Numbered from the stretch's first letter, positions 19,893-28,675 are shown. The stretch is DNA of 64,000 bases from Candidatus Oleimmundimicrobium sp. (GCF_030651595.1 NZ_JAUSCH010000004.1:74026-138025); one strand, 5' to 3'. Program-made: numbers and translations. Notes: generated by a model not told the origin, from the sequence alone.

Positions 19893-21914
19893 ATGAAGAA
19901 AGTTGATAACAATATAGCCGAAGCTATCCTTCTAAGTACGGCAGATGGATTAATTGCTTTTGATAAAGATGACAAAATAATTTTATTTAATCCTGTAGCT
20001 GAGCAAATATTGGGGGTTAAACAAGAAAAAGTTATCAACAAACCAATTAAAATGTCGGGTTTACTGGGAATAAAGAGATTAGATAAAGCTGAGGAACCAT
20101 TGAAGTGTTGGGAGTATTTTGGATGCAAACATAAAAAATGCTCAGTATGCAATAAAAAAATTACCCGTTGTTGGCTTTATTCAAACACTTTTTGCAAAGG
20201 CACCTTTAAGGGAACATTTAAAGATAAGATTGATGAATGCAGAGAATGCGAGTTTTTCAAGTTAAATTCAAAAAGAGTAGAAGAAACAGGTATAGCTTCT
20301 GTCGAACAAGCTATCACTAATGGGTCTAACCGTAAAATTATACAAATCAAAACCAGTTCGATTTTAAATAAAAACAATGAATTTTTAGGTTATGTTAAAT
20401 CAATACGCGACATAACTGCTGAGAAAGAAATTTCTCAGCTGAAAAACGAGTTTATTTCCACTGTTTCACACGAACTTCGAACGCCACTTACCTCAATTAA
20501 AGGTTATATTGATCTTCTTTTAGAGCAAGAGGCCGGCAATGTTAATCAAACACAGCGAGAGTTTCTGTCTATAGTGAAGCAAAACAATGATCGTCTTGTT
20601 GTTTTAATCAATGATTTGCTGGATATTTCAAAAATCGAATCGGGTCGAGTACACCTTAGAATTAAAAGTTATAATTTAGCTGAAATTTTAGCAGAAGTTG
20701 TTAATACTTTTAAAACACTTGCAAATCAAAAAAAACAAATTATAAAACTCCGTATTTCAAAAAATTTACCTAAAATTGCCGCAGACAGAGATAAGATGTC
20801 GCAGGTTATGGCCAATCTCATAAGTAATGCAATAAAGTATACGCCAACTGGCGGAACCATAAAGATTGGAACAAAGCGCAACGACTCCAGGGTTGAAATC
20901 TATGTAACCGATACAGGAATTGGAGTATCTCCAGAAGATCAAAAAAATCTTTTTACAAAGTTTTTTCGCGTTGACAATTCACTTACTCGTGAAATTGGAG
21001 GAACCGGTTTAGGGTTATCTATTTGCAAGAAAATAATTGAGTTACATGGCGGGAAAATTTGGGTAGATAGCGAACTAGGCAAGGGGAGCACCTTTACTTT
21101 ATCTATACCTATTTATGAAATAATTGAAGAAGAAAAAACTAAGAGAAACTTAAGTAAATTCCTTAAAAAAGGATTTAGGAAGGGTAAAAAAATTCTTGTG
21201 GTAGACGATGAACCTGAAATTGCAATGTTGCTTCAAATTTATCTCGAAAAAGAGGGGTATAGCGTAATAAAAGCATTTAGCGGTGAAGAAGCGCTGGAAG
21301 TTGCAAGACAAGAAAGCCCGGATTTAATTACTCTAGACATAATGATGGATAAAATGGATGGATTTGAAGTGCTCCGAGAGTTAAAAGATAAGTCGGACAC
21401 GGCCAATATTCCTGTTATTGTTCTTTCTATTGTTTCCGATGAGTACCGGGGGATAAAACTTGGAGCAGTAGATTATCTTACAAAACCAATTAATATTGAA
21501 AAGTTATCTAGGACAGTGAGCAATGCCCTTCGGTCTTCTGCCGGAGCTTCAAAAAAGGTTTTAATAGTAGATGACGATAAAGACCTTGTTGGGTTAGTTC
21601 AAGAAATACTTAACAATCAGGGTTATAATACAGTTGTTGCTTATGATGGCTTAGAAGGGATTATTGCCGCAAAAAAGGAACAGCCCGATCTCATTCTTTT
21701 GGATATAAAAATGCCCCAGTTAAATGGTTATGAGGTTGTGCAGAAACTTAAAAAAGCAAAGGAAACCTCCAAAATCCCAATTGTCGTTATGACAGCTTAC
21801 GAATTTGACAAAACTAAGACTGAAATATTAAGCTTGATAGAACAGCAAATTTCAAAACCATTTTCAGTCGATATGATATATTCCAAAATTAAAGAAGTAT
21901 TAAAAGAGGTATAA
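19893..21914 (+). CDS. hybrid sensor histidine kinase paralog: PAS with Cys-rich insert, HisKA, HATPase_c, REC, REC
   Basis: Same architecture as 17445..19445, with roughly half the residues identical by eye. Cys-rich block at aa ~72-122, H-box STVSHELRTPLT, two REC domains. Confidence 0.85.
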   Translation: MKKVDNNIAEAILLSTADGLIAFDKDDKIILFNPVAEQILGVKQEKVINKPIKMSGLLGIKRLDKAEEPLKCWEYFGCKHKKCSVCNKKITRCWLYSNTFCKGTFKGTFKDKIDECRECEFFKLNSKRVEETGIASVEQAITNGSNRKIIQIKTSSILNKNNEFLGYVKSIRDITAEKEISQLKNEFISTVSHELRTPLTSIKGYIDLLLEQEAGNVNQTQREFLSIVKQNNDRLVVLINDLLDISKIESGRVHLRIKSYNLAEILAEVVNTFKTLANQKKQIIKLRISKNLPKIAADRDKMSQVMANLISNAIKYTPTGGTIKIGTKRNDSRVEIYVTDTGIGVSPEDQKNLFTKFFRVDNSLTREIGGTGLGLSICKKIIELHGGKIWVDSELGKGSTFTLSIPIYEIIEEEKTKRNLSKFLKKGFRKGKKILVVDDEPEIAMLLQIYLEKEGYSVIKAFSGEEALEVARQESPDLITLDIMMDKMDGFEVLRELKDKSDTANIPVIVLSIVSDEYRGIKLGAVDYLTKPINIEKLSRTVSNALRSSAGASKKVLIVDDDKDLVGLVQEILNNQGYNTVVAYDGLEGIIAAKKEQPDLILLDIKMPQLNGYEVVQKLKKAKETSKIPIVVMTAYEFDKTKTEILSLIEQQISKPFSVDMIYSKIKEVLKEV

Positions 21915-21933
21915 ATTAAAAGAGGTATAAAAA

Positions 21934-22308
21934 ATGTCAAAAGGTAAAATTTTAGTTGTCGACGACGAACCAGACATCTCTAATTTAATTAAATTTACCT
22001 TAGAGAGAAGGGGATATAAGATTATCTTAGCCAAAAATGGGCAGGATGCAATGAATATAGCAAAAAAAGAACAACCTAAATTAATTTTACTTGATGTGAT
22101 AATGCCAGTTATCAATGGATATGAAGTATGCAGGTTACTAAAAGAATGTGCTGAAACAAAAGATATTCCGGTTATTATGTTATCGGGGAAAACTCAGAAA
22201 ACAGAGATAGAACATGGATTAAAGGTGGGGGCTAATAATTATATTTGCAAGCCTTTTAGCCCTAAAGAATTTGCTAATACCATTGAAGAAATTTTTTCAA
22301 AAAATTAA
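21934..22308 (+). CDS. single-domain CheY-like response regulator
   Basis: 124 aa made of a REC domain only (ILVVDDEPD, LLDVIMP, KPF). No output domain. Confidence 0.85.
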   Translation: MSKGKILVVDDEPDISNLIKFTLERRGYKIILAKNGQDAMNIAKKEQPKLILLDVIMPVINGYEVCRLLKECAETKDIPVIMLSGKTQKTEIEHGLKVGANNYICKPFSPKEFANTIEEIFSKN

Positions 22309-22435
22309 AAATGTTAAAAATGCACACTATAGGTTGCTAAGCTCGTTTTAAATAGACAAAGCCAATAGAAGAAGTTTTTAATAAAAGAATAATTGTCACA
22401 TAAACAAAAGGCAAATTAAGACAAGGACGTTAAGA

Positions 22436-22882
22436 ATGGCCATAGATGAAACAGAAACATGGAAAAAAAATATCACACCAATATTTCCCTGGATTTTGCT
22501 GTTAATCGTTACAATAATCACACTATCCATCATAACTACTTCATTTAATGAGAATCCTAAAAATACCCAAGAAGCTGGGGTTGAAAAGAGCAAAGAAGTT
22601 AATTTAGAGGCGGAAGAGGACGATGAAATTACAGAAACAGAGAAAATCTCCGTTTCTGACAATAATGACCAAAAATATATTGGCAAAATAAGGATTCTTC
22701 TAAACGACCTAAATCTAAGAGATGAACCATCTATAACAGCGAGTGTGATAAAACAACTTAAAAAAGATACCATTTTTTTTGTAATTTCAGATGAAAATGG
22801 TTGGTATAAGATCACAGATGAAAAAGAAACGGAAGGTTATGTGGCCTCATCTTCTAAATATGTTGAATTAATTGAGGAATAA
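22436..22882 (+). CDS. membrane-anchored protein with C-terminal bacterial SH3-like domain
   Basis: N-terminal TM segment (IFPWILLLIVTIITLSIITT), an acidic linker, and a C-terminal SH3b-like segment (GKIRILLNDLNLRDEPS...GWYKI...GYVASSS). Confidence 0.5.
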   Translation: MAIDETETWKKNITPIFPWILLLIVTIITLSIITTSFNENPKNTQEAGVEKSKEVNLEAEEDDEITETEKISVSDNNDQKYIGKIRILLNDLNLRDEPSITASVIKQLKKDTIFFVISDENGWYKITDEKETEGYVASSSKYVELIEE

Positions 22883-22886
22883 GTCT

Positions 22887-23183
22887 ATGAAATCATTTGG
22901 TAGGGCGGATGAGTTTTATAGGGTTAAATTAATAACACTTTCAGAGACCCAGCCTGAAGAATTCGATTGGAAAGAAGATGTCCTTTATAGAAATCCGCCA
23001 AAAGAATTTACAGTATCTAATGAAATAGAATATCTGGTTATGATAGTTGATAAAAATACGGGTGAAAGTCATCACTCGTATTTTTATAAATTTAAACCAA
23101 AAGCTCAAAAAAAATTTGAGCTAATAAAGAAAGATTTAAAAGAGCTGACAAAAATGCAATTTCAAAAAAGATATCATATTTAA
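22887..23183 (+). CDS. hypothetical small protein
   Basis: ORF 22872..23183. ATG at 22887 follows a GAGGAA RBS. No recognisable domain. It contains copy 1 of the 22-bp repeat. Confidence 0.4.
   Translation: MKSFGRADEFYRVKLITLSETQPEEFDWKEDVLYRNPPKEFTVSNEIEYLVMIVDKNTGESHHSYFYKFKPKAQKKFELIKKDLKELTKMQFQKRYHI
22914..22935. repeat. 22-bp direct repeat copy 1 (TTTTATAGGGTTAAATTAATAA)
   Basis: Exact 22/22 match to the copy at 23364..23385, 450 bp downstream. Confidence 0.8.
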
Positions 23184-23363
23184 AAATATAACGTATGCCT
23201 AAATGTAGAAGTGAAAAAGTGAAAACAAGTGATATATAAAAAGATGGCTTAGTTTACATAAGATATATTATCAGGCCTAAAATTAAACATTAAAATACTT
23301 CTCTTGGTCTCCCCCTGTGGCAAATATGTCAACTAAACCCAGTAAAAGAATTATTACTGAAAA

Positions 23364-23385
23364 TTTTATAGGGTTAAATTAATAA
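23364..23385. repeat. 22-bp direct repeat copy 2 (TTTTATAGGGTTAAATTAATAA)
   Basis: Exact match to 22914..22935. A 14-bp core GGTTAAATTAATAA recurs at 25132..25145. Confidence 0.8.
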
Positions 23386-23552
23386 TTAAATTAAAGTTTT
23401 CAAATACCCGTGCTGTTTTAGTATTACTAATCTCTCTCTTTTTTTTCTGATATCACTTTTATTTGTAAAATTGCAAACTCTCTCTTTTTATTACAAATAA
23501 GCTAGCGTGTTTAGTGTATTTAGCTGGTTAGACGCTCTGAGAGGCCGTTTAA

Positions 23553-23580
23553 GCGGTTTTTATTGCATTAACAATACTTG
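23553..23580 (+). terminator. candidate rho-independent terminator in convergent spacer
   Basis: Hairpin CCGTTtaAGCGG followed by TTTTTATT. On the minus strand the same hairpin has no U-tract after it, so it acts only in the plus direction. Confidence 0.4.
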
Positions 23581-23613
23581 GGCTATACGGGTAACTCTTA
23601 ATTTTCTAAACTA

Positions 23614-24642
23614 CTATAAGCAAACAAGAGATTGACAGAGATCTAATTGCTCTCTTGTCCCAATAACAATTAAAATATCGCCCTCATTTATCTTTATTGA
23701 TGTCGACGGGTTTGTGTTATAGCTTCCGTTTTTCTTGATAGCTAATACAAGGACTCCTGTTTTGTTTCTAATATTTGCTTCTTCGAGAGTTTTGCTTGCT
23801 ATGCTTGAGCCACTTTTTACTTCAAGTTCTTCCAATTGAAATTTTAAATCCTCACCATGGGTAACTATGTCCAGATAATCAGAAGTTATCGGTTTAATCA
23901 CTAGAGCCGCCATTCTTCTTCCGCCAATTATTGCAGGCGATATTACTCTATTTGCCCCAGCTTTTTTTAATTTTTCCTCTGATTCCTCAAAGTTTGCTCG
24001 TGCAACGATAAAAATGTTTGGGTTTAAGGCTCTTGCGGAAAGTGAAACAAAGACATTGTCAGCATCTGTATCTACAGCTGCAATTAATCCTTTTGCTTTA
24101 GCAATACCGGCCAATTCCAATACCTTGTCGTTTGTAGCATCTCCTTCAACAAATAATAAATTTTCTTCGTCAAGCTCGAAGATGGCCTCAGGATTATTTT
24201 CTACTACAACAAAAGGAATTTTTGTTTTCTTAAATTCTTTGACAACTTGACTGCCAACCCTCCCGTAACCACAGACAATATAGTGATTTTTTAAACTTTC
24301 AATTTTCTTTTTCATCCTTTTCTCCCCCACTATTCCTTTTAAATGACCTTCAACTAAAAATTCAATAGTTGCGCCTAAAGCATATATTCCCGTGCCAACG
24401 CCGCCAACTATTAAACACAGGGTAAATATTTTACCGGCTGCAGAGAGGGGCGCAACTTCGCGAAACCCAACTGTTGAAATTGTAATAATTGTCATGTAGA
24501 GGGCATCAAATAATGACCACCCTTCTATTGATGAATAGCCAAATACGCCTGAGATTAACACAATAAAAAAAATAATCAGAGCCAATCTTAACCTGGAAAC
24601 TATATTTAAATTATTATGGTATTTATATTCCTGTACTCCCAA
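23614..24642 (-). CDS. two-TM potassium-channel-like protein with RCK (TrkA-N/TrkA-C) domains; non-canonical filter TVGFRE
   Basis: Two TM helices flank a pore loop TISTVGFREV. The cytoplasmic region carries a Rossmann motif GYGRVGSQV (TrkA-N) and a TrkA-C domain. Confidence 0.7.
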   Translation of the reverse strand: MGVQEYKYHNNLNIVSRLRLALIIFFIVLISGVFGYSSIEGWSLFDALYMTIITISTVGFREVAPLSAAGKIFTLCLIVGGVGTGIYALGATIEFLVEGHLKGIVGEKRMKKKIESLKNHYIVCGYGRVGSQVVKEFKKTKIPFVVVENNPEAIFELDEENLLFVEGDATNDKVLELAGIAKAKGLIAAVDTDADNVFVSLSARALNPNIFIVARANFEESEEKLKKAGANRVISPAIIGGRRMAALVIKPITSDYLDIVTHGEDLKFQLEELEVKSGSSIASKTLEEANIRNKTGVLVLAIKKNGSYNTNPSTSIKINEGDILIVIGTREQLDLCQSLVCL

Positions 24643-25054
24643 ATCCGTTACTTCCCCTTATAGTGCTGTCAAGTTCAGAAACCACTTTAAAAGAAGGAGT
24701 TTCTACTTTTTGTATTACCAGCTGACAGATCTTGTCTCCTTTTTTTACGGCGAAAGTCTCTTTTTTGTCTGTATTGATGGCAATTACACATATCTCGCCC
24801 CTATACTTTGAATCAATCAAACCAGGCGTATTTAATATACTGAGCCCGTGTTTAATTGCCAAGCCGGAGCGTGGCTGAACAAATCCAGCATATCCACCGG
24901 GTATTGAAAGGGCAATTCCTGTGGGGACAAGAACTCTTTCACCCGGTTTTATATCGACATCGATTCTACTAAACAAATCGCAGCCAGCGTCGCCATCGTG
25001 TGCCGGTTTGGGTGTTTGTAAGTCCTTATCTAAAAGTTTAAGTTTTATTTCCAT
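24623..25054 (-). CDS. dut: dUTP diphosphatase (trimeric dUTPase)
   Basis: Five dUTPase motifs are present (AGCDL, RSGLA, GLIDSKYRGE, GDKICQLV, RGSNGFGSTG). The start at MEIKLK (25054) follows a GGGAGA RBS. Confidence 0.85.
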   Translation of the reverse strand: MEIKLKLLDKDLQTPKPAHDGDAGCDLFSRIDVDIKPGERVLVPTGIALSIPGGYAGFVQPRSGLAIKHGLSILNTPGLIDSKYRGEICVIAINTDKKETFAVKKGDKICQLVIQKVETPSFKVVSELDSTIRGSNGFGSTGI

Positions 25055-25089
25055 TAAAATATCTCCCATTAAATAATATTTATTAATTT

Positions 25090-25821
25090 TTACCCGCGTA
25101 ATTCTGTCGGTACAAAACGAAGGCATTCCTCGGTTAAATTAATAAGCAGTTCTCTTTTGTATGGCTTTGTTTCCATCAATTTTGGGTCTAATGTTACTTT
25201 GGGATTATACTGTTGTAAATAATAGTGCTGCGCTTTTCGGTTGCCCAAATATTGAGCTATTTCAATTACATCTTCTTTTTCGGCTAGTTTAGGAACTACC
25301 GTAGTTCTGAATTCATGAGAAATGCCTGAATTTACTATTAAATCGATGCTTTTTTTAATTTTTTCGATATTGACGCTGACGCCAGCTGCTTTTGAATATT
25401 TTCTGAAGCTTGACTTAACATCCATTGCAATATGATCAACTAATTCTTCTTTAATCAATCGGGAGAGAACCCGAGGCCGGGTCCCATTGGTATCCAGTTT
25501 TACTGAATAGTCCATCTCTTTTAATATGGATAAGAAATCTTCTAATCCATATTCTATGGTAGGTTCTCCCCCGGTGATTATCACACCATCAAGCCACTTT
25601 TTCTTTGTTTCCAGATGTTGCCTTACTTTTTCCCACGAAAGCAAAGATTGTTTTTTTGGAGAAAGCACAAGTTCCGGGTTGTGACAAAAAGGACATTTAA
25701 AGTTACATCCTCCAACAAATAAAACGCATGCAACCCTCCCCACCCAATCAAGCATGGTAACAGGAACTATTCCCCTTAATTCAATTGATGAACTTTCTAA
25801 ACAGGAACTTACTTTTAACAT
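25090..25821 (-). CDS. nrdG: anaerobic ribonucleoside-triphosphate reductase activating protein (radical SAM)
   Basis: CNFKCPFCHN radical-SAM cluster motif. The ATG abuts the stop of the upstream grx-like gene (TAAATG coupling). Confidence 0.85.
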   Translation of the reverse strand: MLKVSSCLESSSIELRGIVPVTMLDWVGRVACVLFVGGCNFKCPFCHNPELVLSPKKQSLLSWEKVRQHLETKKKWLDGVIITGGEPTIEYGLEDFLSILKEMDYSVKLDTNGTRPRVLSRLIKEELVDHIAMDVKSSFRKYSKAAGVSVNIEKIKKSIDLIVNSGISHEFRTTVVPKLAEKEDVIEIAQYLGNRKAQHYYLQQYNPKVTLDPKLMETKPYKRELLINLTEECLRFVPTELRG

Positions 25822-26064
25822 TTAAGACACATTTCTAAGCTCATCAATATTTGGGATAACACCCAACCAAGATTTCATTTCTTTTCCAATTTCATCCGTT
25901 ACGACTATTGACGGAGCAGACATCACTCCATAAAAAGCAGCTTCAGCTAAACCATTAACTTCACCAATATCATAAAGTTCTACATCATTAAGCTGAGCGG
26001 CTAGCGCTTTGGCCTCCGGACACTTTGGGCAGTCCGCTTTCACAAAAAGTTTTATTTTCATCAT
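25822..26064 (-). CDS. glutaredoxin/thioredoxin-like small redox protein (CPKC active site)
   Basis: 80 aa (MMKIKLFVKADCPKCPEAK) with a strong AAGGAGGT RBS. It sits between nrdD and nrdG, consistent with an NrdH-like reductant role. Confidence 0.7.
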   Translation of the reverse strand: MMKIKLFVKADCPKCPEAKALAAQLNDVELYDIGEVNGLAEAAFYGVMSAPSIVVTDEIGKEMKSWLGVIPNIDELRNVS

Positions 26065-28177
26065 TATTACCTCCTTCTAAATTAGTTCGAATTCTATCTT
26101 TGATTTCAGCAACTTTTCCCTTATTCCACGTGGAAACCTTTGAAAAGTATCCAACAATTCTAGTGATGCCATAAACGTTATCTGAATCACAAAGAGGACA
26201 ATTTTTTAAAAGCCCCCTAGAGGTTTTGCAGCAATTATTACAAACTGTAAATTCAGGACTAAACGCAATTTGGGAAGCATTGGTATTTTTAAATGTTTTT
26301 ACCACAAAACTCTTTATTGCAGCTGGGTCCGGTTCATGCTCGCCAAGCCATATATGCACTATTGCTCCAGCTTCAATTAAAGGATGAAAGAGACTTTGTT
26401 TTTCAACTCTTTCAATATAATCAACCTCTGCATCAACAGCAATGTGAACACTATTAGTGTAATAGTACTCGCCATTTTCAAGACTTCCCTTGATAACTTT
26501 TCGTGTTTGGCGAGGATAATATTTCATATCTAATTTTGCTAATCTATATCCGCTCGATTCGGCAGGAGATTCTTCAAGTATCATATTGATTCCATATTGT
26601 TCAGATAAATTTTTGCACTTTAAGTTCATATGAGAAATTACTTTTAATCCAAACTTTAAAGCTTCATCGGATTCATGAAGTTGTTTACCTGTATGAGCTT
26701 CAACCATTTCATTTAGCCCAAGGAGACCTACTAAATAAGTTAATCGTTCAATTTTTAAATATGGATCACCGTCTTTAGACGCACTCAGCATTGCAAGTGG
26801 ACCATTTTTACCAAGATCAAGCAGACTTTTTATAAACTCCTTTTTTTGTAAGTGTGCTTTTGCAACAAGTTCAATGGCTTTATCGATCTCCATAAAAAAC
26901 AGTTGATCATTATCTTGTGCTTTATAAGCTATTCTTGGCAGGTTAATCGTTACATTTTGAAGTGCGGAAAAACGCATTTTTTCAGGAGTTTTTGTTTCTT
27001 TTAAATCTGAACCTTTCAGTCTCAGTTTTAACCGGCAACACTGTGAAACAGTTACTTCGTCTCCTCTATCGAAAACAAAGTAAGTAATTCCTTGTTTACT
27101 TGCTAATTTACAAGCTAAATCTAAGAATTCTTCATGCCCTTCAGTTTCAAAAAAGTCTTTGTTTATGTGAAGTAATGGTTTAGGAAAGACAAAAGTTTTA
27201 CCCACAGCATCGCCTTCCAGATAAATCTCAAACATGGCTTTTAAGAACATCTGAGCTTCTTTTTCGTATTCCTTATAAGTTTTACCCGTAAATACTCCTC
27301 CCGGGCCAACAGCTTTTGTATCTCTAAAATGAGCGGGTATATTCCAGTAAAGATTAAAGTCAGTAAATACAACCTGAGAACCTCTTGCGCCAGCCAATTG
27401 ATTAAATTCGTAAATTAACATTTGAGCTAATTGCTTTATTTCATCATATGACCGGCCAACCATATAAGGAGCAAAAAACATATTTACAGCTTCCCACCCA
27501 ATTGCACCGGCATAATGTGACTGTAACGAAGAGGCCATTTTCACCATATGTCCTATAAGAACTTCGGCATGTTTGGCTGGTTTTGAAGAACTGGTAATAT
27601 TGGGAAGGCTTAGGCCATATTTTTTAATATATTCAAGTGAGTGCCCTCCGCAATACGGCCTCACAATAAAACCAAGGTCATGAATATGAATGTCTCCTAC
27701 AAGGTGGGAAAGTGCCACATCTTCGCTATATACTCGTCTCAACGCAAACTCTTTAAGAATCGATTCGGCAATGGTTAAATTTATCGATTCCGGATTATGT
27801 GTCGTATTGCTGTTCTCTTTGTTTGGATTAAAGATGATTTGTTCAACATCATACATCGGAAGACCCAAGTGAGAATGTTTCTTGTGTGCAATAGTAAGGC
27901 CGCGTTGTATTAATTCAATGTCAATAAGTTCTCTAATAATACTCGTTGTTACCTCAGAAAGATTGCTGTTTAAAATCTTTTGCTCAACAACATCGGCAAT
28001 TCCCTTAGCTAACTCGCTAGCTAAGTTAGTCTCTTTGATCAGGGATTCTATTATTTTCTCTTTGTTCCAGCCATTTATTTCCTGTTGTGATGCTGTGCTT
28101 ACCAACAGTGCGATATCTGTGGTATCATCTGGTCTATCCGGCAAATTTTTTATTACACTGATTACTCTTTTCGACAT
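25988..28177 (-). CDS. nrdD: anaerobic ribonucleoside-triphosphate reductase, class III
   Basis: Glycyl-radical motif RIVGYFS preceded by a CxxC...CxxC zinc ribbon. Start MSKRVISV at 28177 follows a GGAGGA RBS. The 3' end overlaps the grx-like gene by ~77 nt. Confidence 0.85.
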   Translation of the reverse strand: MSKRVISVIKNLPDRPDDTTDIALLVSTASQQEINGWNKEKIIESLIKETNLASELAKGIADVVEQKILNSNLSEVTTSIIRELIDIELIQRGLTIAHKKHSHLGLPMYDVEQIIFNPNKENSNTTHNPESINLTIAESILKEFALRRVYSEDVALSHLVGDIHIHDLGFIVRPYCGGHSLEYIKKYGLSLPNITSSSKPAKHAEVLIGHMVKMASSLQSHYAGAIGWEAVNMFFAPYMVGRSYDEIKQLAQMLIYEFNQLAGARGSQVVFTDFNLYWNIPAHFRDTKAVGPGGVFTGKTYKEYEKEAQMFLKAMFEIYLEGDAVGKTFVFPKPLLHINKDFFETEGHEEFLDLACKLASKQGITYFVFDRGDEVTVSQCCRLKLRLKGSDLKETKTPEKMRFSALQNVTINLPRIAYKAQDNDQLFFMEIDKAIELVAKAHLQKKEFIKSLLDLGKNGPLAMLSASKDGDPYLKIERLTYLVGLLGLNEMVEAHTGKQLHESDEALKFGLKVISHMNLKCKNLSEQYGINMILEESPAESSGYRLAKLDMKYYPRQTRKVIKGSLENGEYYYTNSVHIAVDAEVDYIERVEKQSLFHPLIEAGAIVHIWLGEHEPDPAAIKSFVVKTFKNTNASQIAFSPEFTVCNNCCKTSRGLLKNCPLCDSDNVYGITRIVGYFSKVSTWNKGKVAEIKDRIRTNLEGGNNDENKTFCESGLPKVSGGQSASRSA

Positions 28178-28205
28178 AAGCAAATCCTCCCATAATATAA
28201 TTTTT

Positions 28206-28652
28206 TTACTGTAGCTTTTCAAGTTCAGCCATAAACTCATCTATATCTTTAAACTCTCTATAAACCGACGCAAACCGAATATAAGCAACCTTGTCTATCT
28301 TTTTCAGATGTCTTAAAATCATCTCTCCCAGCTCTTGAGATGAAATTTCGTATTTAAATTCATTTTTGAGTTGTGTTTCAATATCCGATACCATTTTTTC
28401 AAGCCTTGATGCTGTAACATGCCTTTTCACTGTTGCTCGGCCCAATCCGGCAATTAGTTTTCCTCGATTAAACGGTTCGCAAGTTCCATCTTTTTTTATG
28501 ACTGTAAGCGGAATTTCTTCTATTCTTTCAAATGTTGTAAATCGCTGAGAACATTTAACGCATTCCCGTCTTCTGCGAATTGCATCATCGGAATCTGTTG
28601 CTCTTGAATCAACTACTCTGGTGTCTAAACTTCCGCAAAATGGGCACTTCAT
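28206..28652 (-). CDS. nrdR: transcriptional repressor NrdR
   Basis: MKCPFCGSLDTRVVDSR zinc ribbon plus an ATP-cone domain. The start at 28652 is preferred over the upstream ATG. Confidence 0.85.
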   Translation of the reverse strand: MKCPFCGSLDTRVVDSRATDSDDAIRRRRECVKCSQRFTTFERIEEIPLTVIKKDGTCEPFNRGKLIAGLGRATVKRHVTASRLEKMVSDIETQLKNEFKYEISSQELGEMILRHLKKIDKVAYIRFASVYREFKDIDEFMAELEKLQ

Positions 28653-28675
28653 GCTTTTCCACCGTTTCTCCACAA

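Noticed and set aside
23400-23500. TCTCTCTC / CT-rich short repeats as a possible CRISPR or microsatellite array
   Set aside because: There are no regularly spaced 25-40-bp repeats with unique spacers and no cas genes. These are simple low-complexity tracts only.
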